Below, piece after piece: positions 48,187 through 57,263 of a DNA stretch of 64,000 nt. The notes under the pieces are model-generated. The model did not search any database and had not been told where the DNA came from. It saw only the letters and a program-made list of their open reading frames with translations. The stretch's first letter is position 1. Each line of letters starts with the position of its first letter. The position numbers were made by a program, and so were the translations under genes. This stretch comes from an uncultured Candidatus Actinomarina sp. (lineage in GTDB: Bacteria > Actinomycetota > Acidimicrobiia > Actinomarinales > Actinomarinaceae). The stretch is from assembly GCA_902571385.1 (NCBI GenBank), contig CACGBK010000004.1, positions 3,638 to 67,637 of the forward strand. Reading direction: 5' to 3'.

Positions 48187-48513
48187 ATGAGTAAATACGC
48201 TGTTATAAAAGTCGGTGCTTCTCAAGAAAAAGTAAGTGTAGGTGATATTTTATCTGTGCCTGCAAATTTCGTGATTGAATCAAAGACTCCAATCTTAATG
48301 AGTGCAAGAAAAGGCTCAATGATAACTGATGAAAAAAAATTATCAGGTTATTCAGTAGATTTTGAACTAGTAGACGAAAAAAAATCAAAAAAACTTAATA
48401 TTTTTACTTACAAAAACAAATCAGGTATTAGAAGAAAATTAGGTTATCGAGAAGATATTAAAATTGTTAAAGTAAAATCTATTTCATCAGGCAAATCGGG
48501 AGAAGAAGAGTAA
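48187..48513 (+). CDS. rplU: 50S ribosomal protein L21
   Basis: MSKYAVIKVGASQEKV N-terminus. Adjacent to rpmA. Confidence 0.9.
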   Translation: MSKYAVIKVGASQEKVSVGDILSVPANFVIESKTPILMSARKGSMITDEKKLSGYSVDFELVDEKKSKKLNIFTYKNKSGIRRKLGYREDIKIVKVKSISSGKSGEEE

Positions 48514-48762
48514 ATGTCAAAAACAAAAGCCGGCGGCTCAACCCGTAATGGTAGAGATTCAGAGTCTAAACGGCTCGGGACTAAAGTTTTTGATGGTCAA
48601 AAAATCTCAGCAGGCTCCATCGTTGTAAGACAAAGAGGAACAAAAATTCATCCTGGCAACAATGTTCAAAAGGGTGGAGATGATACTCTTTATGCCAAAG
48701 TGAATGGAACTGTGAAATATTCAACTAGAAATGGAAGAAAACTAGTAAACATAATCCCTTAA
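48514..48762 (+). CDS. rpmA: 50S ribosomal protein L27
   Basis: [19 protein letters not shown]...G..V.AG.I.VRQRGTK.HPG motif. Confidence 0.95.
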   Translation: MSKTKAGGSTRNGRDSESKRLGTKVFDGQKISAGSIVVRQRGTKIHPGNNVQKGGDDTLYAKVNGTVKYSTRNGRKLVNIIP

Positions 48763-48766
48763 TGTC

Positions 48767-49960
48767 ATGTTTGTTGACAATATTGAAATCGATCTTTTAT
48801 CAGGTGCTGGCGGTTCTGGTTCTGTAAGTTTTAACTCTAAGAGTTCTCAAACTTCCCCTAATGGTGCAAATGGGGGAAACGGGGGTTCTATAACATTTAA
48901 AACTGATTCTAAACTTTTCGACTTTTCAAACTTAAAATCTAAAGGTTCATTTAAAGCTGATAATGGAGAAGATGCTCAAAAAAATCTTCAAAATGGTAAA
49001 AATGGACAAGATTTAGAGTTGAAAATACCTTTAGGGACTTCAATATTTTATGAAGGTGAACTGATAGCAGAACTAATTGAAGAAAATGTAGAATATCTTA
49101 TTTGCAAAGGAGGACAGGGAGGTAGAGGAAATAAGGATATGCTATCTAAACGAAATCCTAATCCAGAAATATGTGAGTCGGGTGAAAAAAGAAAAAAAAT
49201 GAAAATCAATCTTCAATTAAGTTTGATTACTGACTTAGCTTTAGTTGGATTGCCAAATGCAGGAAAAAGTTCATTGATCCAAACAATTACAAACTCAAAC
49301 TCAAAAATTGACAGTTACCCCTTTACAACTATAAGCCCAAGCTTAGGAGCCTATACAAACGATTATGGGATGGTAACAATATGCGATTTACCAGGACTCA
49401 TTAGCGGAGCAGCAGAAGGAACTGGACTTGGTAAATCTGTACTTAGACATCTTAAGAATACAAAATATATTATCTATCTACTCGATCCGGACAACTCTGA
49501 ATATGATGTAAACCAACAAATTGATTTACTTGAAAATGAGGTTAAAAAATTCGATCCAAGATACAAAGATATACAGGTTCTAAAAGTTGTCAATAAATCA
49601 GACCTAAACAAAAAGGTTCTAGACTTTATAAATATTTCAACCCTAACAAATGAAGGTATTGATGAACTCGTAAAAGAGTTAAATAGAGTTAATTTTCAGG
49701 AATTAAAAAGAGTAAATAAAAGTTTTGAAAAAATATTTATTGAATCAGATAATTTTATTATTGATCAATATGAAGATAACTGGATTGTTTCAGGACCAAA
49801 AGTAGATAAAATCACTAACCTAAAGGGCAATTCCCATGAAGTCTTAAATGAAATCTCTTATAGATTTGAAAAATCATCAATTTCTAATGAGTTAAAAAAT
49901 AGAGGAATTGAAAAGGGTGATATAGTAGATTTAAACGGACACGAGTTTTCATATGAGTAA
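48767..49960 (+). CDS. obg: GTPase Obg/CgtA
   Basis: MFVD start, a Gly-rich Obg fold, G1 GLPNAGKSS, G3 DLPG, G4 NKSD, and a C-terminal OCT-like domain. Confidence 0.9.
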   Translation: MFVDNIEIDLLSGAGGSGSVSFNSKSSQTSPNGANGGNGGSITFKTDSKLFDFSNLKSKGSFKADNGEDAQKNLQNGKNGQDLELKIPLGTSIFYEGELIAELIEENVEYLICKGGQGGRGNKDMLSKRNPNPEICESGEKRKKMKINLQLSLITDLALVGLPNAGKSSLIQTITNSNSKIDSYPFTTISPSLGAYTNDYGMVTICDLPGLISGAAEGTGLGKSVLRHLKNTKYIIYLLDPDNSEYDVNQQIDLLENEVKKFDPRYKDIQVLKVVNKSDLNKKVLDFINISTLTNEGIDELVKELNRVNFQELKRVNKSFEKIFIESDNFIIDQYEDNWIVSGPKVDKITNLKGNSHEVLNEISYRFEKSSISNELKNRGIEKGDIVDLNGHEFSYE

Positions 49961-51011
49961 CAAATTAATTGTTTTAAAAATTGGAACAAATACATTGTTT
50001 GATAATGCTGAAATTAATTTTGATATGTTGAATACTCTTGCGAGCTCTATTAAAAAGTATAGAAAACAAAATATTAACTTTGTGATTGTTACATCAGGTG
50101 CTGTTCAATCTGGGGCTAATGAATTGAACTTATCAGAAAGACCAAAAAATTTAAAAGAATTACAAGTTGCATCTGCAGTAGGACAGGTAAGTCTAATAAA
50201 TACTTATAAAGAGATATTTAATAAACACGATATAAACATTGCTCAAATACTTATATCTAAAAATGTTTTGGAAGATAGAAGTCAGTTTATAAACACCACT
50301 GAAGCATTAAATGGCCTAATTTCTAAAAATATATTGCCGATAATTAATGAAAATGATGTCGTTGCAACTGAAGAATTAAAGTTTGGTGACAATGATAGGC
50401 TCTCAGCAATAGTTTCTATCATATTGAAAGCAGATAAGTTAGTTTTAATTACAGATAAAGAGGGTTTATATGATTCGGATCCAGAAATAAGTGAAGAAGC
50501 TCAGAAAATAGAAAATATTGAGTACAACTCCGAAGAACTTAATGAATTGATCCCTAAATCTGTTTCAGGAAAAGGCATAGGAGGATTTTCCACAAAAATT
50601 ATGGCTGCACAAATGGCCGGATTTTCAGGAATTGAAACCCAAATAATTTCCTGGTCTCCAAATTGTGTAGATGAAGTAATTGATGATGTAAAAATTGGAA
50701 CAATTATTAAACCTTCAAATAAGAATATTAAGCTTAAAAAAATCTGGATTGGATTTGGAATGACAATTGATGGTGAAATTATTATTGATGAAGGCGCAGA
50801 GGATGCACTAGTTAAAGACGCTTCACTCCTTTCAAAAGGTGTATTAAAGGTTAATCAAACTTTTGAAGAAAATAGCGGTGTAGAGATAAAAAACACAAAA
50901 AACACTCTAATTGGTAGGGGAGTTGTAAATTTATCAAGTAAAGAAATTGAAGATTCAAAAAATAGTGAAAACACTGTAGTAATTCATAAAGACAACTTAT
51001 TAATTCTTTAA
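49953..51011 (+). CDS. proB: glutamate 5-kinase (with PUA domain)
   Basis: KIGTN, VTSGAV, and FGDNDRLSA motifs, with a C-terminal PUA-like segment. Confidence 0.9.
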   Translation: MSNKLIVLKIGTNTLFDNAEINFDMLNTLASSIKKYRKQNINFVIVTSGAVQSGANELNLSERPKNLKELQVASAVGQVSLINTYKEIFNKHDINIAQILISKNVLEDRSQFINTTEALNGLISKNILPIINENDVVATEELKFGDNDRLSAIVSIILKADKLVLITDKEGLYDSDPEISEEAQKIENIEYNSEELNELIPKSVSGKGIGGFSTKIMAAQMAGFSGIETQIISWSPNCVDEVIDDVKIGTIIKPSNKNIKLKKIWIGFGMTIDGEIIIDEGAEDALVKDASLLSKGVLKVNQTFEENSGVEIKNTKNTLIGRGVVNLSSKEIEDSKNSENTVVIHKDNLLIL

Positions 51012-51050
51012 AAAATTTTACTTTCTAACAAATCAAATTATTCTTGTTAT

Positions 51051-52292
51051 GTGCTTAAAGAAATCGGTAAAAATGCTGTTATGGCTGCAGAACAGCTTAA
51101 AACAGTAAATACAGAAACAAAGAATCAAATTTTAGACCATATGGCATCTGAACTAGTAAAAGATGTTGATGAGATTATTGATGCTAATAAAGTTGATTTA
51201 GAAAACGCAAAACAACTTGAATTAACAGCTGCACTCACAGACAGATTGACTCTAAACAAAGAAAGAATTCAAGGTATGTCCGATGGACTTAAAAAGATTA
51301 TCCCACTGGATGATCCTGTAGGACAAGTTACACAATCTTGGAAATCAGATGATGGACTTGATATTAGTAAAATTCGTTCACCATTTGGTGTAATAGGAAT
51401 AATTTATGAAGCAAGGCCAAATGTTACTAGTGATGTTTCTGGTTTATGTCTCAAGTCAGGAAATGCATCTATTCTCCGTGGCTCCAGTTATTGCTTAGAT
51501 TCAAATTTAATGATTTTAAAAACTTTACAAAAATCACTAGAACAAAATGATTTACCAAAAGAATGCATTCAGATTATTGAAAGTAAGGACAGAGAAGACA
51601 CTATTGAATTTATGAATATGACAGATTATATTGATTTAATTGTACCCCGAGGTGGAAAAGGATTAATCCAAACTCTTGTTGATAATTCGAAAGTCCCTTT
51701 TATTTTGGACGGTGATGGCAATGTTCATCTCTATATTCATAGTGATGCAAAAGAAGAATATATAATTCCAATTGTGATCAACTCAAAAGTACAACGTCCA
51801 GGTGTATGTAATGCATTAGAAACTCTTATTCTTCACAAAGATACATACGATAAATATGGGTCAAAAATTATTGATGCATTAAAAGAAAATGATGTAGAAA
51901 TAGTTATTGACGAACAAATGAAAGATGACTTTCCTGAGTTAGAGGTTGCAAATGATGAGCATTATGCAACAGAATTCTTAGATTTAAAAATTGCAATTAA
52001 AATTGTTCATAATGAAAATGAAGCAATTCAGCATATAAATCTTTTTTCTTCCGGACACACTGAAGGAATACTTACAGAGTCTGATAAAGTTGCAGAAAAA
52101 TTTTCAAGTTCAATTGATTCTTCAGTAATATTTATTAATGCTTCAACTCGATTTACTGATGGAGAAAAGTTTGGTTTCGGTGCAGAGATCGGTATTAGCA
52201 CACAAAAACTTCACGTCAGAGGTCCCATGGGGTTAGAAGCATTAACCACAGAACGATATGTAATTAGCGGTAAAGGAACTGTAAGAGGATGA
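51051..52292 (+). CDS. proA: glutamate-5-semialdehyde dehydrogenase
   Basis: GTG start. Motifs IYEARPNVT, PRGGKGLI, the catalytic Cys context RPGVCNALETL, and NASTRFTDG. Confidence 0.9.
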   Translation: MLKEIGKNAVMAAEQLKTVNTETKNQILDHMASELVKDVDEIIDANKVDLENAKQLELTAALTDRLTLNKERIQGMSDGLKKIIPLDDPVGQVTQSWKSDDGLDISKIRSPFGVIGIIYEARPNVTSDVSGLCLKSGNASILRGSSYCLDSNLMILKTLQKSLEQNDLPKECIQIIESKDREDTIEFMNMTDYIDLIVPRGGKGLIQTLVDNSKVPFILDGDGNVHLYIHSDAKEEYIIPIVINSKVQRPGVCNALETLILHKDTYDKYGSKIIDALKENDVEIVIDEQMKDDFPELEVANDEHYATEFLDLKIAIKIVHNENEAIQHINLFSSGHTEGILTESDKVAEKFSSSIDSSVIFINASTRFTDGEKFGFGAEIGISTQKLHVRGPMGLEALTTERYVISGKGTVRG

Positions 52293-53119
52293 ATAAAGAC
52301 TTATCTGTAAAAGATTTAGAATCGGTAAATTATTTTTCAAATGAAAATTTAGTTGATGTTATAAACGCAGCAATTTTTTTAAAAAAACCATTACTCATCG
52401 AGGGTCCTGCCGGAACGGGTAAAACTTTTTTGGCAAAGGCTATTTCATCTTTTTTTAATCTAGAACTTATTAGGCTTCAGTGTCACGAGGGCATTGATGA
52501 AGATAAGGCAGTCTACGAATGGAATTATAAAAAACAACTATTAAGCATTCAGCAAGATAAGAATGCTGAAAATCTCTTTGATGAAAGTTACCTTATCAAA
52601 AGACCAATACTTAATGCATTAACCTCTGAAAAAGAAAGCTTATTTTTAATAGATGAAATAGATCGTTCTGATGAAGAATTTGAAGCTTTGCTTCTTGAGA
52701 TTCTTGCTGAAAATCAAGTTACAATTCCTGAATTCGGAACAATAAATGGAAGTGATAATAGAATTACTATCCTCACATCTAATGGCACTAGAGAACTTTC
52801 AGACGCTCTAAAAAGAAGATGCCTTTATTTTTATTTAGACTTTCCTTCAGTAGAAATTGAATCAAAAGTATTGATGAATAGTATTTCTGAAATTTCAGAA
52901 GAACAAGCAAGGACATACGCATCTTTTATTTCATATGTTAGAAATTTAAACCTTAATAAGATACCTTCTCTAATCGAATCTGTAGAGTGGGTTAAGTATA
53001 ATTTAATTAATAAAAATAAATCTAACACCGACAATCTTGGAATACTTTTGAAAGACAAATCTGATCAAGAAAAATATAAAGAACAAATTGAAAATACCAA
53101 TGAGCTCATTCAAGAATGA
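52289..53119 (+). CDS. MoxR/CoxD-like AAA+ ATPase (AAA_5 type)
   Basis: Walker A EGPAGTGKT, Walker B LFLIDEIDR, and sensor region LTSN. 276 aa. ATGA overlap with proA. Confidence 0.8.
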   Translation: MNKDLSVKDLESVNYFSNENLVDVINAAIFLKKPLLIEGPAGTGKTFLAKAISSFFNLELIRLQCHEGIDEDKAVYEWNYKKQLLSIQQDKNAENLFDESYLIKRPILNALTSEKESLFLIDEIDRSDEEFEALLLEILAENQVTIPEFGTINGSDNRITILTSNGTRELSDALKRRCLYFYLDFPSVEIESKVLMNSISEISEEQARTYASFISYVRNLNLNKIPSLIESVEWVKYNLINKNKSNTDNLGILLKDKSDQEKYKEQIENTNELIQE

Positions 53120-54461
53120 CATAATTGATTTTTCACAATTTTGTAAAGAAAATCAGTTTTTTATATCAATAGATAAACTTGAAACTTATTTCAAATATAT
53201 TGAATCAAAACAAATTGAATCTAAAGAAGATAAATTAAAATATCTGTTTTTGCTAATACCCAAAGATAAAGATGAGAAAGATCAACTTCAGTTCCTTATT
53301 AAAGAATTTTTTAATTTTAGTACTGCAGAAACACCAGATTTTAATTTTAATTATCTTGATGAATATGAATTAAACGATAACTTTGAAGATGTATTTATCG
53401 ATCAAAATAATATCAATATTGATTTTTCTTCAATAGCTATTGATATAATTCAAGATTTTGAGAATTTAGATTTTACCCGCCCAGTTTCTAATGCATATTG
53501 GCTAAATCAATTAAAAAAAACCAAAGCTTATAAAGAGATAATGAGTTTATTCGATATTCAATTTGAGGATTCCTTTGAAAATATTATGAACGAGTTAAAT
53601 ATGGAGAATTTTTCAAACTACCTAGATATGAAATTATTGGAATTATTAAAAGATGAAAGAAATAAAACAAGAGATGCTTATCAGCCATCGGAATTAAATG
53701 ATAAAGATCAATTAAATGAACTAGATTATCTTTATACAAACAAAGATGAAAGAAAAAAACTTCTTGAACAAACTTATGCGTTGGGGAATAAACTTGCTCT
53801 AAAGTTTAAAAAACAAATCAAATACTCAAATAAAGGGAATCTAAATTTAAGAAAAACAATCAGAAAATCTATACAGTCTGGTGGAGTGCTTCAAAATATC
53901 ATTTTTAAACCAAAAAACAAGAAAAAACCCAAATTAGTAATTCTATGTGATATCAGTGGTTCAATGGCTTTATATTCTCTTTTTGGTCTTACATTATTGT
54001 ATGGCATGGTAAGTAGGTTTAATTCAATCAAGTCTTTTGTATTTATTGATGGAATAACAGAAGTTACAAAAGACATTAAAAAGCTTAAAAAAAATGAAAT
54101 TGAATCCTTTCTAAAAAACTGGAATAACTACGTAAAACATGATGGTCATTCAGATTATTCAAGAACTTTTGAAGAACTAGTTGAAGAAATAAAAAAAAGT
54201 AATTCTAACTATAAATGTTTGATAGTAATTGGGGATGCTAGAAATAACTATAGGGATATAGATGATAGATTAGTTAATGAGGTTGGAAGATTATTCAAGA
54301 ACATATATTGGCTTAATCCCGAAAGATTAAAGTATTGGAATACTGGTGATAGCTTGATAAGAAAATTTGATAAAGTATCTAACAATACATCAGAAGTTAG
54401 AAACTATACTCAAATGAAAAATTTCGTAAATTCAATTGATTTTAAACGAGACCTCAAGTGA
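53088..54461 (+). CDS. VWA domain protein, CoxE-like
   Basis: LRKTIRKSIQSGG...KPKLVILCDISGSM (MIDAS DxSGS) ...FVFIDGITEVT pattern typical of VWA_CoxE proteins, preceded by a low-complexity N-terminal half. The start is uncertain (53088 or 53100). Confidence 0.75.
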   Translation: MKIPMSSFKNDIIDFSQFCKENQFFISIDKLETYFKYIESKQIESKEDKLKYLFLLIPKDKDEKDQLQFLIKEFFNFSTAETPDFNFNYLDEYELNDNFEDVFIDQNNINIDFSSIAIDIIQDFENLDFTRPVSNAYWLNQLKKTKAYKEIMSLFDIQFEDSFENIMNELNMENFSNYLDMKLLELLKDERNKTRDAYQPSELNDKDQLNELDYLYTNKDERKKLLEQTYALGNKLALKFKKQIKYSNKGNLNLRKTIRKSIQSGGVLQNIIFKPKNKKKPKLVILCDISGSMALYSLFGLTLLYGMVSRFNSIKSFVFIDGITEVTKDIKKLKKNEIESFLKNWNNYVKHDGHSDYSRTFEELVEEIKKSNSNYKCLIVIGDARNNYRDIDDRLVNEVGRLFKNIYWLNPERLKYWNTGDSLIRKFDKVSNNTSEVRNYTQMKNFVNSIDFKRDLK

Positions 54462-55024
54462 AAAATATTGGTGTATTGGGTGGAACTTTTGATCCTCCAC
54501 ATGAAGCACATCTTAAAATTGCAGAAAGATCTTTAAATCAATTTAAACTAGATAAAATTATTTTTATTCCATCTGGTAATCCATGGCAAAAAAAAGATTC
54601 GACGCCGTATAGTCACAGATTTGAAATGACAAAAATCTTAATTAAAAATTCTGATTCATTTGCACTAAGCGACCTTGAAAGTTCAGAACAAAATCCTTCT
54701 TATACATATGAAACACTTGAAAAGCTACAGCACCCAAAAGAAAATTTGTACTTCATACTTGGTTCAGATACCGCAATGAATATAAAAACATGGAAAAACT
54801 ATGATCAATTATCAAATTTAACGCAATTCTTAATTGCTCTTAGAAGAGAAGATAGTTCTGAGACGCTTTCTAAAAATTTTCCGTTTGATTATAAATTAAT
54901 AGAAGGTGAAAAATTAGATTTAAGTTCAACTGGATTACGAGAAAGATTGGAGCAAAATAGAATGAATAATATTGAATTACCTTCAGAAATTTTTAACTAT
55001 ATAAAGGAAAATAAAATTTATTGA
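54458..55024 (+). CDS. nadD: nicotinate-nucleotide adenylyltransferase
   Basis: GGTFDPPHEAH motif and ISST-like LSSTGLR. The GTG start overlaps the stop of the VWA gene. Confidence 0.9.
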   Translation: MKNIGVLGGTFDPPHEAHLKIAERSLNQFKLDKIIFIPSGNPWQKKDSTPYSHRFEMTKILIKNSDSFALSDLESSEQNPSYTYETLEKLQHPKENLYFILGSDTAMNIKTWKNYDQLSNLTQFLIALRREDSSETLSKNFPFDYKLIEGEKLDLSSTGLRERLEQNRMNNIELPSEIFNYIKENKIY

Positions 55025-55491
55025 ATTTTTTTGTTGAGTTTATCAACATCTGTTTCTAATTCTTTAAGCTTTCCTAAAACATTATCTTCTAATTCTTCAA
55101 TTTTTTCTATTTCTGTTTCTAATTCTTGGAGCTTTTCTAAAACATCATCGTTTGTATGACTATCTACATAATTTGTAATAAATTTTGCTGAAACAATTGC
55201 CGTTATGGTTGCAACCAATCCAAGTCCCGATAACATTAAAGCACTTGCTATAACTCTTCCAATAGTCGTGGTTAATTCTATGTCACCATAACCCACTGTT
55301 GTAATAGTAACCAAAGCAAACCATAGACCATCACCGTAGTTTTTTATATCTGGTTCAAAAAGATAAAATAAGTAACCAAAGAAACCTACTACAAAAAATA
55401 GAGCTGCAAGAATAGTTCGTAAGCGTCTGCTGTTGAAAATGGTCTCTACTAAAGAAAAAAAGTTTTTAACTCTATTCAAATCTCTCCTCAA
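55018..55491 (-). CDS. two-TM potassium channel (KcsA-like pore) with C-terminal coiled coil
   Basis: Selectivity filter TTVGYGD flanked by two TM helices, with a heptad-repeat tail. TTG start at 55491; a strong AGGAGA just inside makes the TTG at 55479 an alternative. Confidence 0.85.
   Translation of the reverse strand: MRRDLNRVKNFFSLVETIFNSRRLRTILAALFFVVGFFGYLFYLFEPDIKNYGDGLWFALVTITTVGYGDIELTTTIGRVIASALMLSGLGLVATITAIVSAKFITNYVDSHTNDDVLEKLQELETEIEKIEELEDNVLGKLKELETDVDKLNKKIQ
55049..55149 (-). repeat. 63-nt-period imperfect tandem duplication inside the channel coiled-coil tail
   Basis: TCTGTTTCTAATTCTTTAAGCTTTCCTAAAACATTATC (55049-55086) matches TCTGTTTCTAATTCTTGGAGCTTTTCTAAAACATCATC (55112-55149). 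The copies encode LGKLKELETDVDKL and LEKLQELETEIEKI. Confidence 0.8.
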
Positions 55492-55518
55492 TATAAGAAT
55501 AGTGTCTTTATTTTTTAC

Positions 55519-55893
55519 ATGGTAACATATTTAATAATGGCAGAAGAAAAAATAAAAAATTTACATAACTTTTTCTTTGAAAGCGTAATCGATATACTTC
55601 TGGTTCAAAAATGTACAAACATTAAAGCATTTGAAATTGAAAATAATAGCTACTTTGATGTAATTATTATGTGCAATGTTAATTCAAATACCCAAATGGT
55701 CTCTTCTATAAAAAAGCTTAAGAAATTAGTTAAATCTAAAAATAAAAACTTCTTTTCTGAGGGTTTAGATTCTTCTTGGGCACTAGTTGAGTTTGAAGGT
55801 GTAGGCATCCATTTCTTCACGGAAGAAGCAAGAGAATACTATAACTTAGATGATTTATTTTTTGATAGCAATCTAATGCTTCAGTACGGGTAA
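55519..55893 (+). CDS. rsfS: ribosomal silencing factor RsfS (Iojap)
   Basis: WALVEFEGVGIHFFTEEAREYYNLDDLF matches the RsfS W.L.D...V.VH.F....R..Y.LE.LW signature. The usual partner, nadD, is nearby. Confidence 0.85.
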   Translation: MVTYLIMAEEKIKNLHNFFFESVIDILLVQKCTNIKAFEIENNSYFDVIIMCNVNSNTQMVSSIKKLKKLVKSKNKNFFSEGLDSSWALVEFEGVGIHFFTEEAREYYNLDDLFFDSNLMLQYG

Positions 55894-55906
55894 TCTTAAT
55901 TGTATT

Positions 55907-55979
55907 GGGGCTGTAGCTCAGTTGGCAGAGCACGTGCATGGCATGCACGGGGTCAGGGGTTCAAATCCCCTCAGCTCCA
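55907..55979 (+). tRNA. tRNA-Ala (anticodon GGC)
   Basis: GGGGCTG acceptor with the G3:U70 identity pair, anticodon arm CGTGC-ATGGCAT-GCACG. Confidence 0.9.
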
Positions 55980-55988
55980 CATACAAAT

Positions 55989-57239
55989 ATGAACTTAAAA
56001 TATATTAAAGAGATATTTAGTCAAACAAAAGATTTGATAGGTTCTCAATCGGGAATCGCAGTTATATCAATTATTCAAGTTTCATTTGTGGTAAATCAAC
56101 TCGGACCTGCTAAATATGGCGCAGTAGTACTTTTAATTGCAGTACCAAGTCTTATCTTTCGTGCTTCACATGCAAGAAATAGTGATGTAAATCTTCTTGT
56201 TCTTAAGGATGGAAAAAACTTTTATTTTGAATCTATCTTTTTCAACTTCATAACCGGAATCGGTAGTTTTTTACTTTGTCTTGTAGTTTTTACAAATCCA
56301 ATAATTATTAATTCATCTTTAGGTAATTATTTTGGGATTGAAACACTATCAAATGTTCTATTAATTTATTTACTTACAAGAATTATTCAAACTTTTTCAG
56401 AAACAAGTAAATCTATACTAATTTTTAATAATGATTTGAGAAGATACTCAATACTAGAAATTAGCAGTGTAGTAGTTAGGTTTATTGCATTAGTATTTTT
56501 ACTTTTAAATGATCCAAGTGTAGAAAATTATCTAATTGCACAATCAATCTATGGAATTACATTTGGGCTTTTTGGTCTATATCTATCAAATAAATATAGA
56601 GATTCCTCAGGTTTTAAGATTCTACATTTCAAAGCATATGCAAAAGCCATCAGATCTTTTTATGGAAAAATTAGATATGACCAAATTATTGGGCTTATAC
56701 CACAACATTTTGATGTAATTTTACTGGCTGTTATCGTTGATATTCAGACTGTTGGAATCTATCAATTTGCAAAAAGATTAGTTGAACCTATAAATTATCT
56801 TGTTGTTACATTTAATCCTTGGCTACAAAACAAATTAAAGTCTGAGGACAAAGATTTCAATATAACTTCTTTCTTTAATCGAATTTTGTTACCAATTTCA
56901 ATATTGTTATTTGGAATTTATTTCATTTTTGGACGAAATCTTATTTTATTTATTGGTAACGAGGAATTTATTAATTCATTTGAGCCAATGATGGTGTTAT
57001 TAATAGGATTCACTACTTATTTGTTAAGTTTCTGGATTAGACAGTACCTATTATTTTCTGATTTAATCCAGTTTCATGCTTATGGACGAATTATTTACTC
57101 CTTTGTATTTCTCGTTTTAGCAGTCTTATTATCTGATTCTTTTTCTTCCCTAGGAATTGCTATTGCTTTAAGCTCTGCAATGGTTTTACAAAAATTATTT
57201 GAATACACCATATATTTGATAAAAATAAAATTAAATTGA
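55989..57239 (+). CDS. polysaccharide/oligosaccharide flippase-like membrane protein (Wzx/MOP superfamily)
   Basis: About 12 predicted TM segments and an N-terminal pattern typical of Wzx-like proteins. The start is trimmed to ATG 55989 because the track ORF overlaps tRNA-Ala. Confidence 0.55.
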   Translation: MNLKYIKEIFSQTKDLIGSQSGIAVISIIQVSFVVNQLGPAKYGAVVLLIAVPSLIFRASHARNSDVNLLVLKDGKNFYFESIFFNFITGIGSFLLCLVVFTNPIIINSSLGNYFGIETLSNVLLIYLLTRIIQTFSETSKSILIFNNDLRRYSILEISSVVVRFIALVFLLLNDPSVENYLIAQSIYGITFGLFGLYLSNKYRDSSGFKILHFKAYAKAIRSFYGKIRYDQIIGLIPQHFDVILLAVIVDIQTVGIYQFAKRLVEPINYLVVTFNPWLQNKLKSEDKDFNITSFFNRILLPISILLFGIYFIFGRNLILFIGNEEFINSFEPMMVLLIGFTTYLLSFWIRQYLLFSDLIQFHAYGRIIYSFVFLVLAVLLSDSFSSLGIAIALSSAMVLQKLFEYTIYLIKIKLN

Positions 57240-57263
57240 ATAAATCTGAACATTAACATAAGA

